A stretch of 64,000 bases of DNA from Eledone cirrhosa. Lineage: Eukaryota. The stretch is taken from positions 125,302,001 to 125,366,000 of the forward strand of contig OZ024742.1 of assembly GCA_964016885.1 (NCBI GenBank), written 5' to 3'. The stretch's first letter is position 1; every line of letters begins with the position of its first letter. The translations under genes were made by a program, and so were the position numbers. A model generated the notes under the pieces. That model was not told the DNA's origin and searched no databases. It was given only the letters and a program-made list of their open reading frames with translations. Positions 13,594 to 26,140 of this stretch are shown here, piece after piece.

Positions 13594-14400
13594 TTCGTGT
13601 CTCTATTTGTGCATGCGTTTGTGAGTGTGTGTTCGTGTCTGAGTGTGTGTGGTTGTTGTTATTGTACCCGTGTATATTTATATTTATTTATCTAATATCA
13701 ATGTTGTGTGTAGTTGTTGTTGAGGGTATTCCATTCATTTTTTCTGCTCAACTTCGGTTTTATTAGTTCTATCACAGTTGCTTCTCTGATTTTTCTACCC
13801 GTTGAGTCATTTCTATGTTTAGATATTATTTTAATTTCTATATTGTCTATATTGCCATCATGTCTTCGTCTGACGTGTTTATATGTAACCGAACCATCTT
13901 TTTAGTTCCCCCCGGTGTTGGTCTAATCTCTACGCTATGCTTCGGGCTGTCTCGCCTATGTATGTTTCTGCAAGTACCCTCTATACATCTTATGCTATAG
14001 ACTACATTTCTAATTTTACAATTATTTGTGTATTTATTCTACATATAATACATTTCTTATTAGTACAGTAGGTTTTCTCTAAAGGGTAAGTTTTGCTGGT
14101 CAGGGATTTTATGGTTGTTCCTGGTTTTTCTACCACTTTAATCTTTAAATGGGTCTTTTTAGGGCATTTCTAAATCGGTTGGCTAATTCACCTCTAGAGT
14201 TTGCAGCCCCGAACATGATACTCTGGTATTCTGGTTGGCGTACCATGCAGTGGCTTTCCCTATCTTATGTTTTGTCATATCTATGCTATTCCATGATTTG
14301 CTCCTGTACAATGAACAAATCCCTTTCCTGTTCATCTCTATGAGGGTCTTATATTTCTCCTTTGTACACCATGATTCTGTCTATTTAGATTTGCCAGAGA
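13445..14400 (-). mobile_element. Decayed PLE 3' part (third lineage), linker + GIY-YIG; not in the ORF track
   Basis: Manual translation across frameshifts: KIKVVEKPGTTIKSL..CTNKKCYIC..CKIRNVVYSIRC..YIGETARSIA*RLDQH; CTGATGA near 13484. Confidence 0.8.
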
Positions 14401-14469
14401 ACTACATGCGATTGATGAAGTGTTGTAAGTGTCATTCCAGTTAATTTGGGTCGCACATGCGGACCACAT

Positions 14470-17400
14470 TCTTCGTCACTCTTACCTGCGATCAGTATAT
14501 TAAACTTACCAGCGAGAAGAAATAATAGAAAGAGAAAGAAGACGATAAAAACTGAGGCGTGAGGACATGAATGAAGAACAGATGCATATCCTTTTAAAGT
14601 AAGCTAGACTATGGCAACAAAAAAGAAAAGATATGTTTCAAGATAAACGAAACGAATATCTGGAGAAATAAAGACTCAGACAAAGAAGAGTAACGTTTCA
14701 AGATAAATCCCAAGAATATCTAGAGGAACAATCACTCAGACAGCAGGAAGAGATAATATGGACGATCATGCATTACATTTACAGTGTAGTCGACATAGTC
14801 AACAAGAAAGGAGAGATCACATGCATAAGAATAAACGAGAACATTACCTTTAGCAGCAGGGAGATGCACATAAACTTAGAATAGAAAACATGAATGCCGA
14901 AGAACTGCATAGTGAGCGTTTTTGGAGAAATGGCCCAGCAATTAATATTATTGATGATATGAATGTTTCGTTGTGGAGTTTTGAAATTTAGAAACGAAAA
15001 TTATATCTGTTGTAATAATGGAAAGGTTGTACTGCCTCCATTGCAAAAATACCCTGAGAGACTGAGAAATCTCTTAGAAGGGGGTCAGGAAGCAGTTGTA
15101 TTTCGCAGGAACATCTGTGTATTTTCTTTCGCTTCATTTGGTGTTAAACTTACCTTACCACCTGGCAGAGGCCTGTATTGCTTTCGTATTCAGGGTCAAA
15201 CATATTACAATACCACACAGTACCCTGCAGAAAATTTACAACGATATGGCCATTTATGTATTATTGACGCAAATGAAGCCGTTCAGCACAGATTGGAAGC
15301 ACCGCAAAATAATGACTGCTCACCGCAAACAATGACAATGATAAATGAGGTGTTGTATCAATATAATCCATATGTTTAAAACAATGCATGCCATAGAACA
15401 AGAAGAGCAGCATAGAACAAGAAGAGAAAAGCGTCCAATACAGAACTGTGAATCAAGATTTACCAGACGATGAGATATGAGATGCTACAATTTACCAACT
15501 AACAATGAAAGAGCTGTTGTTTTGGGGGGGACAGATGGTGCACCACCTGTACACAGAGATATTGTCATCTACCCTATATCTACTATCCTCTTCAGAAAAT
15601 ACCATATACTTCATGCCACTTAGACCCCATGCTCTACCCTTTATTGTTTCCATATGGTGAATTTCACCCATGGAGCATAAGCCTTTTAACCTGCTCATGT
15701 AGTCTTCTTAATTTAGCTTGCCAGTCAGCCAATGCACTGCAGTTGTGGAATACACATTAGAAATCAATGATTGAGAACTATTTGCCTCAAGGAATGGACG
15801 GTCAGCAAGGTGAAGGTATGACACTTTGTTACATTAATATTGATTGAAAATGGTACCAACTGCGCACAACTGGGCCTACCTCAGTCCATTGAGGTGCTTC
15901 AACCTGATCCTCAAGTTGACATCAACCACCCTCATATTGATTTTCTTACTGACGAGCAATAAATAGTTGCTGATGCTGTAATTGATGCTGTTTGAAAGAG
16001 AAGAAAAGTTGAAAAGCCTGCACATACCTTCTCCTATGCAGATGCACCTCGATATTGTGGCAAAACATACCTGTTCAATACACTGACTTTTCACCTCTGG
16101 ATAAATAACTATCAGGTATGTTGCGGTGCTTGGACCGGCCTAGTATCTACACTGCTGTTTGGAGGTAGAACTGTGCCCAATTTTTTCAAAGTACCCCTTC
16201 TACTAACAGATACCAGTGTATGTAATGTGTATGAGTCATCTGAGCATACCAATTACTTACGGAACCTGGATCTCATAATACTGAACAAGGCTTCTGTTAT
16301 TCCTTCCATGCAATTCATGCCATTCACAAATGCCTTCAAACATCACTGTTGTCAATGAAGTGTTTTGAGGAAGGTCTTTGTTTTGGGGAGGTGACTTCAG
16401 GCAATTGGTGCCAATATTTCCAAGGAGTACGGGTGAAGCCACATTAGAAATATGTCTTAAAATACTCCCACACGTGGCACTTCTTTCAACATTTTATATT
16501 AAGCAATAATGTGAGAGTAAAAGAAGATCAGAGAAAGTTTGCGAAGTAGCTACTACATCTTGGTAATGGAGCAACACCTCTAATTGAAGCAATGCTTATG
16601 AATAAAGATGATGTTGGAGTGCCTTCAGTATAATGTGTAAATGACTGCTTAGTGAAACACATTTTCAGCGATACAATGCAACAAGCGCAACAAGAGAAAA
16701 TAATGCGTGTCTTTTCATCTCCCAAGAATGCTGATTGCCTATTAATCAATGAAGAGGTTCTCAGACATCTCGCCGGTAACAGCAGAACTTATTACACTAC
16801 AGATGGAGTGCTCGCTGATGAACTTACTGAGGGTGACAGATAATCTACTGAATTTCTGAACACGCTTACACTTTCCGGGATGCGCCTCACAAATTTCCAT
16901 TAAAACAGGCTCATTAATAAAGCTTCTACAAAATATTTCAATCCAGAACAGATTATGCAATGGCACAAGATTGGGACTGCATCAATATTTTATCGAAGCT
17001 TCTCATATCAATGGACAGGCATGTTTTGATCCCAAGACTGGAGTTACCCCCAGTGACACCAACTTTTCTTTTACTTTGGAAAGAACCCAGTTTCTATTAA
17101 GAATGTTGTATGCTATGACAATGAGCCAGAGTTACATATACCATGAAGTGAGTTTGTTCCTTCCTGGGCCTGTATTTAGCCATTAACTATTGTATGTCAC
17201 TTTTTCAAGAGTTCGCAGACAGTCAGGTTTAAAGATTAAAGTACTGAACACTGATAAGCAAGAGAAGCAAGAAAATAAAACTGTGACAAAGAACATTGTA
17301 TGCAAACGGCTATTAAGATAATTCTGAGTCAATTGCAAGTTCCAATAGAATTGAAACTAATCAGCTAAATAAACACATTGTGTATATTCTCTATGGTTTT

Positions 17401-17669
17401 GCATTTGTATATAGTGTAAAGTAATTATGATAACATATTGCGTAATAAGGAATATGCTATTATATATTAATCTTGCAGTTTTAAAAGAATTAAATACTAA
17501 AGAATTATATGTGTATTAAGTATTGAATAGAATGTTTTTGTATATGTATGTACCATTTATTGCACAAACAACAATAAGATTTATATGCAATAGTAATGCA
17601 AATCATTTTTTTCTCTTAAATAGCTACTCTTAATTATTTCGTTCGTGGAATTTCCACGGGTCTCGCTAG
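14470..17669 (+). mobile_element. Helitron, degenerate RepHel with internal deletion; 5' boundary uncertain
   Basis: CCNNGKVVLPP, FSFASFG..GLYCFRIQGQ, DPMLYPLLFPYGE; PIF1 motifs CGKTYLFN, GGDFRQLVP, RTQF..YAMT..QS, VFSH..LYVTFSRV; 3' hairpin CGTGGAA/TTCCACG then CTAG at 17666-17669 followed by T. Confidence 0.9.
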
Positions 17670-17717
17670 TATATATATATTTGTACACACAGACACACAC
17701 ACACACACACACACATG

Positions 17718-17821
<104 letters not shown>

Positions 17822-18009
17822 CCACGTCATAACACTTCACCTTTAATCATCTCAGTGCCTTGCTATACAGCTCCCTTTCCAATTCCAATCCTGCTTGCAC
17901 ACACCACACCCGGCTCCCCGCTTTTCCACATCTGATACACCTTTCTTGTCCAATCCAGGCATTGCAGCATTGAAAGCTGGACACGCTCTCTCACAATGCT
18001 GCTGAAAGC

Positions 18010-18325
18010 TCTCAGCCCGCTTTGTGAGGTGGTCGAGATGTTGACACGACAAAAAGCACCAATTTTATCATGAAAGGTGGTCATGCTGGTAACACGACAA
18101 AAAGCATCCGGTCCATCCTTTTAGGTGGCCCTCTTGGCGACACCATAAAAACACCCAGTCCTTTCTGTAAACTGGGTTGCTGTTGGGAAGGGCATTCAGT
18201 CGTATAAACCTGACCGGAAACAGTTCCGTATGAGCAAGTCACGGTCATCTAATCTGACGTTTCACGAGATAACTCGTCTAACACATGCTGGCGTTGCAAA
18301 TGAACATTAAACGGTAATGATGATA
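18010..18325 (+). repeat. Interspersed repeat with internal ACACGACAAAAAGCA duplication and RTE-like (TGA)n tail
   Basis: Internal direct repeats and ...CATTAAACGGTAATGATGAT end. Confidence 0.4.
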
Positions 18326-18569
18326 TTGTTCTATATTTGTTTGTTTTTTTCATATTTCACATTCGATCTTCTAATGAAGGACTTGTTTCCAAAACGTAAA
18401 TTATGGCAACATCACAACTTACAATTAAGGACAAAATGAAAACACACACACATAGAACAAACAACCAACCAGTAACACGTATATAAACAAATAAATAAAC
18501 AAATAAAAACACACACAGACACCCGGATGTAACACATGCGCAAACTAAGAACACAACACACACATAAAC

Positions 18570-18802
18570 AAGATGGCATAGGACAGAACAAAGGAGTGGC
18601 ACAAAACAAAGAAAAGTATCCCCAGTCACTGAAGAGGTCACAGAATATGTGACGAAAGAACTTTGACAATATATGAACAACCGTCCGGTTGTGGAACCAA
18701 CCAACCAACCGGAAATTTATAAATTCTTATATTTATAAATTTAATTTATAATAAATTGGAGTGAAAGCAACTGGTCCGTGTGTTTCTTATTGGCAACATG
18801 AC
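18570..18802 (+). mobile_element. PLE-type terminus with hammerhead-like motif at 18625-18667
   Basis: GTCA-CTGAAGA-GGTCACA..TGTGAC-GAAAGAACTT-TGAC; near-identical to 43764-43996. Confidence 0.65.
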
Positions 18803-18807
18803 CAATA

Positions 18808-18898
18808 AGATGGTTGCCGAACACTGTACGGCGTAATTCGGGCTGTTTGTTTACAAACAAACCGAACATTATAATAAATGTTCGGTAAACCCATACGT

Positions 18899-18930
<32 letters not shown>

Positions 18931-18960
18931 GTGCATGTATATATATACATACTACTGTAC
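18808..18960 (+). mobile_element. 3' fragment of the pLTR family at 55136-55830
   Basis: GATGGTTGCCGA..CCGAACATTATAATAAATGTTCGG shared. Confidence 0.75.
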
Positions 18961-18961
18961 A

Positions 18962-18996
<35 letters not shown>

Positions 18997-20504
18997 TATA
19001 TATATGTATATGTATATATATATAAATGTAAGTATGTATACGTACATACATATATGTAAACAGATGTACAGTAGTATATATATATATATATATATATAAG
19101 ACATATATATATAACATTTATATGAGTTATATTGTTGGTCGCAAGTATACATTTAATTCGTCAGTTGCACAACTGATATCAATGTCCATTTTTATGAGTG
19201 GTTTTCTGTTAAATTCTATGATATGTGAACACGATTGCTATAACGTAACTATCTTTTTTATTTCCTTGCATCTAATATTATCTTGAATCCACATTTGTAT
19301 TGAATGCTTTTTTGCATTGGTCATAGCGGAATACTATACAACAGTTATCTGTCCAGCAATATATTTTTGCGGTTTATATATCTATGGCTTACTTTGCAAA
19401 TACAATGAAATCCTCTTGGTATTATTGTAATATTTCCTTACTTTAAATTATATTTTTATCGATTATACTTTTTTATCACGACAGACACATTTTTAAAAAT
19501 CTACTCTGCACTTCTTAATAGTAATTTATAGATTTTGGGAATAAAGTGAATGCTAGATGCTTACAACGTCAGCACATTAGCGCGTGCCACTACTTTATAA
19601 GTGACTCGGAAATTGTTGAGATATATCGGAAATTTAATCTTGAGTTAGTTTACAATTTTCTGTTGTTGGAAATGATTGAAAATGTCTTCGGCAGGGAAGA
19701 AAGAAGACATCAACGAGAATGTTTATAATTATGTTACTGCGCATGCGTTTTTCTTGACATTAAAGAATAATTTACACTTGATTAATCCTACATACCGCAA
19801 AGGACTAATTTTGTGATTGTAGGAAGTTCGTTTGTAGAAATTAAAGGATTTCCTACGGTAAGTTTCCTATAATAATACATTGGTTTTATTTTATTAACTT
19901 TGCACTTGATATGCTTCTGTAATTTTTATCTCTCCTTGTGAAAGTATTATGGTCGAAATGTTAAGACGTTGGAAGTCCATCGGATAGATTTCATCTGTAA
20001 TTCAAAGAATTAGCCTTGTCATACTGTGTCAGACATCCTGAGAATTACGTTAATATTATATATGCTTCTGGATTTCTGAAGTACATGCAGGTTACTTTGA
20101 CTATCTATCTGTTCAATTTATTGATCATCTCGAACATTCATCCACTAAAGGTAGAAATCAAGTAGATCCATTCCAATTCATTCACATAATTATATTGAAA
20201 AACGTCATAAGTATCATATCATTTTAACAATATTTTATAGATATTAAATCATGTATATTTTCATTTAACATTTGCTTTTCCTAAATTCAAATAACGTACA
20301 AGTTATTCTGTCAGGACAAACAATCATTTATTTTGTATGCACGTGACTTCCTTTATCTATGGAAATATTTTGAGTGACGTTTCGTTTTTCTCTCTCAGGA
20401 AATCTATAAATACATTTATATCACAACTGGTATAATAGTAAATTTAAGATTTGATCGTCAATACACCGTTAACTGACATAACTATCCATTATTAAATCTG
20501 TACA

Positions 20505-20728
20505 AGGGCGGTGGATTGGCACTATCGGTAGAGGATCTGACGCCATGCTTTGCAGCAAACAGTTACGGCCCTTTATGGTCTGAGTTCAAATCCCGCCGAG
20601 GTTAACTTTGCCTTCCATCCTTACAGGGTCGATAAAATAAAGTACCAGTCACGAACTGGGGTCGATTTAATCGACTTTCCCTCCTCTTCCAAAATTGCTG
20701 GCCTTGTGCCTATATAAGAAATCATTAT
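20505..20728 (+). mobile_element. Nin/Deu-like SINE, full length
   Basis: Same family as 6045-6245. Confidence 0.8.
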
Positions 20729-21311
20729 ATGTAACATAAAGCATATCCAATGATACATATATTCTTGAAATACACTTTACCTTCTTTATACTTAGTATAA
20801 ATATATAGCTTCTACATATTTCTATTTACAATACGTAATATGATATAAATGATGATATTTCTATGGGTATATCATCATAAGACAATGATTAGAATTTTAG
20901 TTTCTGCACGTTATACAGCAACATGAAGGCACTAAATACCCTACACTTTTAATATCCCAGCTATAAATTATTCCCACATTCACAACGTTTTTTTCTGCAG
21001 CTAAGTGCACTATGCAAGTGCAGTTACGATTTATATTCATGCAAGTTGCCCATTACTAGTTTAATGTAGTGCGCTGGTGATGTCTGCAGTAAAGAGCAAT
21101 GCGTATGACCATTTCTGTTTTAAAATAATATACCTAGAATTTTATATACAATAAATAATTATTGATATATTTTAGATATATAATGATTTACTATAAGTCA
21201 TTTAGTAATTTTTTCTACGTAACCTGTAACAAAGCAAGGTGTAAAGACGAGTGAATCGAAGTAATATATTACATATAATATTTCCTTCAAAGGATAGAGT
21301 GAATGCCTAGA

Positions 21312-22321
21312 GCAACCTTTTGGGGTGTGCGGGCCACATTGCTATGCAATGTCTCGTCAGTTTGCCACATAGCTATGCAGTGCCTCGTCGGCGGGCCATG
21401 AACTCATCATATAATAAATGTTATCACCTCAGACTGCTCTTAATCCGGCATTTAAAGAAGAACAATGAATGTTATGTAAAATTACTTTAATGACATTCCT
21501 TACTGAAAATAAAAATAAGATACTTGTTTTTGCCTGTCGTTGCCAGGCGAAATATTTGTCGAGCACAGGAGTAGAACATCGTCCAGAAGGTCATCAGGCA
21601 TCCTTGTTCTTAAACGATCTTTGGTATATTTCATTTTTGGGAAATGCTGTTCATAGTATACGTCCTGCCTAATAATGATACTAACATTTTTGCATTAATC
21701 AAGAGGTTTTTATAGTTTCCATTTGGCAAAACACGTTTCTTTAAGAAGTTAGTTACTGATTCTGAATGAAATTTTGATTTCAGAAATTCATCGAATTGTA
21801 TGTCAATCAACACCAACTGATATCTTTCTTCCACTGTCACCACATCTGTTTCGTACGGCGACCCAAGTAATTCAAAGTGATGTATGTACTGGAGTATATA
21901 CACGAATACACGCACACACAGTCCCCTTGAACCTGATGTCGGACTAGTCTATCTATCTGAGTTTGATTATTTATAACTGTCACATAGTTACGTCCCTTTA
22001 CGATCTGAATTCAAATCCCGCTGAGGTTGACTTTGCCTTTCATCCTTACGGGGTCGATAAAATAAAGTACCAGTAATGCACTGGGTAATTTGTTGGCCTT
22101 GTGCCTAAAGTAGAAACAATTATTTATAACTGTCACGCCAAATTACGTTCAGCTAAGTGAGTCTTGTGGCCAGATGTGTTCTCTAGTCGATATTCTAATC
22201 CAAAATATTTCAGAACACATTTTCAGGGATCGCTTACCCTAAGATTGAAACTTGTTAGTGGACTGAACAAAAATCCCTCGTGGGCTTGATATAGCCTGCG
22301 GGCCTGAGGTTGCCGACACCT
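21312..22321 (-). mobile_element. hAT (Charlie/SPIN-like) DNA transposon relic with nested SINE at about 21985-22125
   Basis: ORF 21631-21915 resembles the GTF2IRD2-like hAT C-terminus (YQLVLIDIQ..LKSKF..YKNL..AKMLVSLLGRTY); GCGGGCC subterminal motifs at both ends; TGCCTAGA at 21304-21311 and 22322-22329. Confidence 0.7.
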
Positions 22322-22564
22322 TGCCTAGAAGATAGTGGTATTTAAATCCAGAACCACAGGCTACGTAAGAGAGTATTTCGTCCAACATTCTATCGTAATT
22401 TATCTTCACCACCTTCCATTTATTTTTCTTATTGAGCTTTTACCCTTCTCACAATTTGTTTTATACAAAAATATATAAACATATCAGGCAGATTTACAAG
22501 AATAAGTAGTAATAGTTTTTTTGGGCTAAAGGCTAACACCTGTTTTTCGATGGGAAGTCGTTTG

Positions 22565-22935
22565 AATTGATCCCAGTGCGTTGCTGCTAATATATATTAT
22601 CGATTTTTATGTTATCGATATTATCGATCTCGCAAGAATAAAAGACAAATGTAACCTCACCGCGATTTGAACATAAAGGGACATAACTATAAAGCATTGT
22701 GTCCGGCGTTCTATCGACTCTACCAACCTCCCACCCGTAAACAATAAATAATAATAATTTCTACTATAGGCACAACACCAGCAATTTGGGCGGGAGGGGA
22801 AAGTCTATCATATCAACCTCAGTGCATAACTGGTTCTTTATTTTATCAACCCCCGTAAGGATGAAAGGCAAAGCTAACCTCAGTGGGATTTAACTAAGAA
22901 TGTAAAGGGCCATATCTTTATGCTGCAAAGCATAA
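22565..22935 (-). mobile_element. Two adjacent Nin/Deu-like SINE copies
   Basis: Reverse complement of family consensus. Confidence 0.7.
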
Positions 22936-23555
22936 ATAATAATAAGACAAAATAAATACTATTTTAGCTATAACTGTAGAGTAATTCCAGTAATATATTC
23001 TAGAGCAAACATACCATCATCATCTAAACTCCACAATAGTGCCGAATCCAATAGTGTCGAATAGTAAGTGTACGCTTCTTGTAATATTTCTAAACTCAAA
23101 TGGTGTAGCTTAAATATGTGTCAGGAAAAGTTTTCACAGCGATACATTAATCCATTTTCACCCATTTTTGCACGTTTATAATTTTAGTCCGTTTCATAAG
23201 TTTGGCTCATTTAACAGAGACAAAATTATATTCAATGATTTATTAATCCGTTCTTTACATTTTTTAAAACACTGTCATAATACACTACCGTGTATAAGCT
23301 TCGTGATTATTGTTTCAGCGATTTCGGAGTCTGCCTGATTGTATGATGTAACTGTCTGCATTTTCTGACTTTTGTCAAATCGGTGCGAGGAAACAATTGC
23401 TTATACTATCTATCGATCGCAACTCAAGGTGGAAGGAGCAACGTAGAATAAAGGACATAACGCCCTACCGATTGCCAATCCAATTCTCTAACCACTCAGC
23501 CTCGCGCTTTTTCTATGATATATATATATATGTGTGTGTGTGTATGTATGTGCGC

Positions 23556-23612
<57 letters not shown>

Positions 23613-23616
23613 TGAA

Positions 23617-23942
23617 AGCGCATGGCTTAGTGGTTAGAGCATTGGGCTTGCAATTGAGAGGTTGTGAGTTCAATTCTCTGACCGGGCGATGCGTTGTGTC
23701 CTTGAGCAAGACACTTTATTTCACGTTGCTCCAGTTTACTCAGGTGTAGAAATGAGTACGACGTCACTGGTGCCAAGCTGTATCGGTCAGTGCCTTTCCC
23801 TTGGACATCATCAGTGGCGTGGAAAGGGGAGACTGGTATGCATGGGCCACTGCTCGTCTTCCACAAAATCTGCCCATGCTTGTGCCTCGGAGGGAAACTT
23901 TCTCGGTGCAAAACCGTCATTCTTGACCGAGTTGGGGCCAAA
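23617..23942 (+). mobile_element. tRNA-derived CORE-like SINE
   Basis: TGGCTTAGTGG A-box, GAGTTCAATTC B-box, TGTGTCCTTGAGCAAGACACT. Confidence 0.75.
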
Positions 23943-23952
23943 GAAAAAAAAA

Positions 23953-23994
<42 letters not shown>

Positions 23995-23999
23995 ACATC

Positions 24000-24380
24000 G
24001 TCCTTCGCGCGGGTTAACAATTACTGCGTCCAGGCCTGTTGTAGGGGGCCTGTTCGAAATATATATTTCTGTCTCCATTTCATCTAAAAATAAAACTGGC
24101 GATGGGCCTGCGAACTGTTCTGGAAGGCGTGTTATAGTTGCACAACGATTGCGTATCCCGAGACCCCAAAGAGCGTCTGGAAGGGAGCAAACATTAACAG
24201 TTGGAGCCTGGAAATATCCAAACTTTTACAGGTAAGGAGCAAGAACTAGTAGAGGAGGCTACATGCTACCAGCTAGATATAGCCGGAGATTCCTGAACAA
24301 AGTTCCGTGGCTCTGATATTGTATATTTTGTTGGGGCGAGTGTTTGAGGACCCTGCCTCCATGATCCTCTCAGGAATAAG
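24000..24380 (+). mobile_element. RTE LINE 5' fragment (start of APE endonuclease)
   Basis: VGAW(fs)NIQTFTGKEQELVEEATCYQLDIAG at about 24200-24290. Confidence 0.6.
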
Positions 24381-24399
24381 TGGTCGAAGAAGAAGATGG

Positions 24400-24473
<74 letters not shown>

Positions 24474-24532
24474 GAAGAGTTTGTATTTGTGCATCATGGA
24501 TGTATGTATGTATATATTATATCTATATATAT

Positions 24533-24718
24533 TGGTGGATTGGCAGTATCGGTAGAGGGTCGGACGCCATGCTTTCCAGCATAGTTACGTCCCTTTACGA
24601 TCTGAGTTCAAATCCCGCCGAGGTTGACTTTGCCTTTCATCCTTACGGGGTCGATAAAATAAAGTACCAGTAATGCACTGGGTAATTGCTGGTCTTGTGC
24701 CTAAAGTAGAAACAATTA
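24533..24718 (+). mobile_element. Nin/Deu-like SINE
   Basis: Family match. Confidence 0.8.
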
Positions 24719-24771
24719 TATATATATATATATATAAATACATATATATATATATATACACACACACACAG

Positions 24772-24802
<31 letters not shown>

Positions 24803-25314
24803 ATACCAAAATTATATTAAGGATGTCATGTCTGAGAATATCAGAATCATGCGCCATTATATATATATATACTTTTTAATTTCGTCTTCTAACGTCGCGT
24901 AAATTTCTGAACAAGTAACCAATCGGTTGACGCCATTTTGATGAAGTTTAGGGATTTCAGTTGCTAATCTATTACTGTGTTGACCGTCACATTCACCGTC
25001 ATAGCCGGCACGAACTGGAATCGAATTCCGTCAATCGATTAGCTATTGATTAGGCGGAGCCTGCTGATGAAGCTACATGCACCGATTGTGCATTGTTGCA
25101 TAATAAATGCAGACAGTGGATGTTTTACACTTTACATCTGCATTAAGTGTGGCCGAAATTCGAGCACGGGTATTGATTGGAGGTACCCATTCACGTGTGT
25201 TGTATTGCAACAAATAACTATGTGTCTACTCTGATATTTTACATAACATTACCTATTGACTACGCTGAGATGCAACCGGTACTAGTAGTGAAATTCATGC
25301 TAGTCCCATCAACT

Positions 25315-25347
<33 letters not shown>

Positions 25348-25412
25348 AGTGAGTGAGTGAGTGAGTGAGTGAGTGAGTGAGTGAGTGAGTGAGTGAGTGT
25401 GTGGGTGTGTGT

Positions 25413-25493
<81 letters not shown>

Positions 25494-25575
25494 TTTTTTA
25501 TTTATTAACTATATATATATATATATATAGTGACGAAACATAAGTCAATTGCATGAACTCATAATCCTTTATTTA

Positions 25576-25629
25576 CTGCTATATATATTTCGATGATAGC
25601 CATTGAATGGCTATGACCTCATCAGGGAG
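25576..25629 (-). ncRNA. Hammerhead motif in a PLE 3' fragment (about 25530-25940)
   Basis: CTGATGA-GGTCATAGCCA TTCAA TGGCTATCATC-GAAATATATATA; upstream PDGLN-coding C-terminal remnant at 25811-25825. Confidence 0.65.
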
Positions 25630-25979
25630 TTAGTCAGTTCTTAGATATGCCAGCTCTGTGTTTATGGTGTTTATGGTATCAGAGCCTTGGGACATATGAG
25701 CTTGTTAGGAATAATTTAATGTTGTCAGCAGGAATAGTCTTAATTCTCATTAGTGAGTTTCTAGATGCTAGTAGGGTTGATATTTGACCTCAAAGAGGTG
25801 GTGTTGTAAAGTTCAAACCGTCAGGCAAGATGACAATAGTTCCATATGGTCAGATATATATTCAATTGAGGTTAATAATATGAAATATATACTACAGGTC
25901 ATACTTAAATTGAGGAATTTATGTGGAGTGGTACTACTGACAATTGTATATATATGTGTGTGTGTGTATATGCAAAACG

Positions 25980-26140
25980 TAACCAGAAGGAATGGAACAA
26001 ACAGCACAATACATTGAAGAAATATATTTAACGTTAACGTTTCGAACACTATTCCTTCATCAAAAAACAAAAAATAGAATTAGAAATAAAAGAAGAAATA
26101 GAAAGATAGTGAGAAGAGAACGCGATGGAAGTAAAATTTG
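25980..26140 (-). mobile_element. Solo PLE 3' end with degenerate minimal hammerhead
   Basis: TTGATGA-AGGAATAGTGTTC-GAAACGTT on minus strand. Confidence 0.5.

Noticed and set aside
23617-23690. Functional tRNA gene
   Set aside because: tRNA-like SINE head continuing into SINE body; no clean cloverleaf
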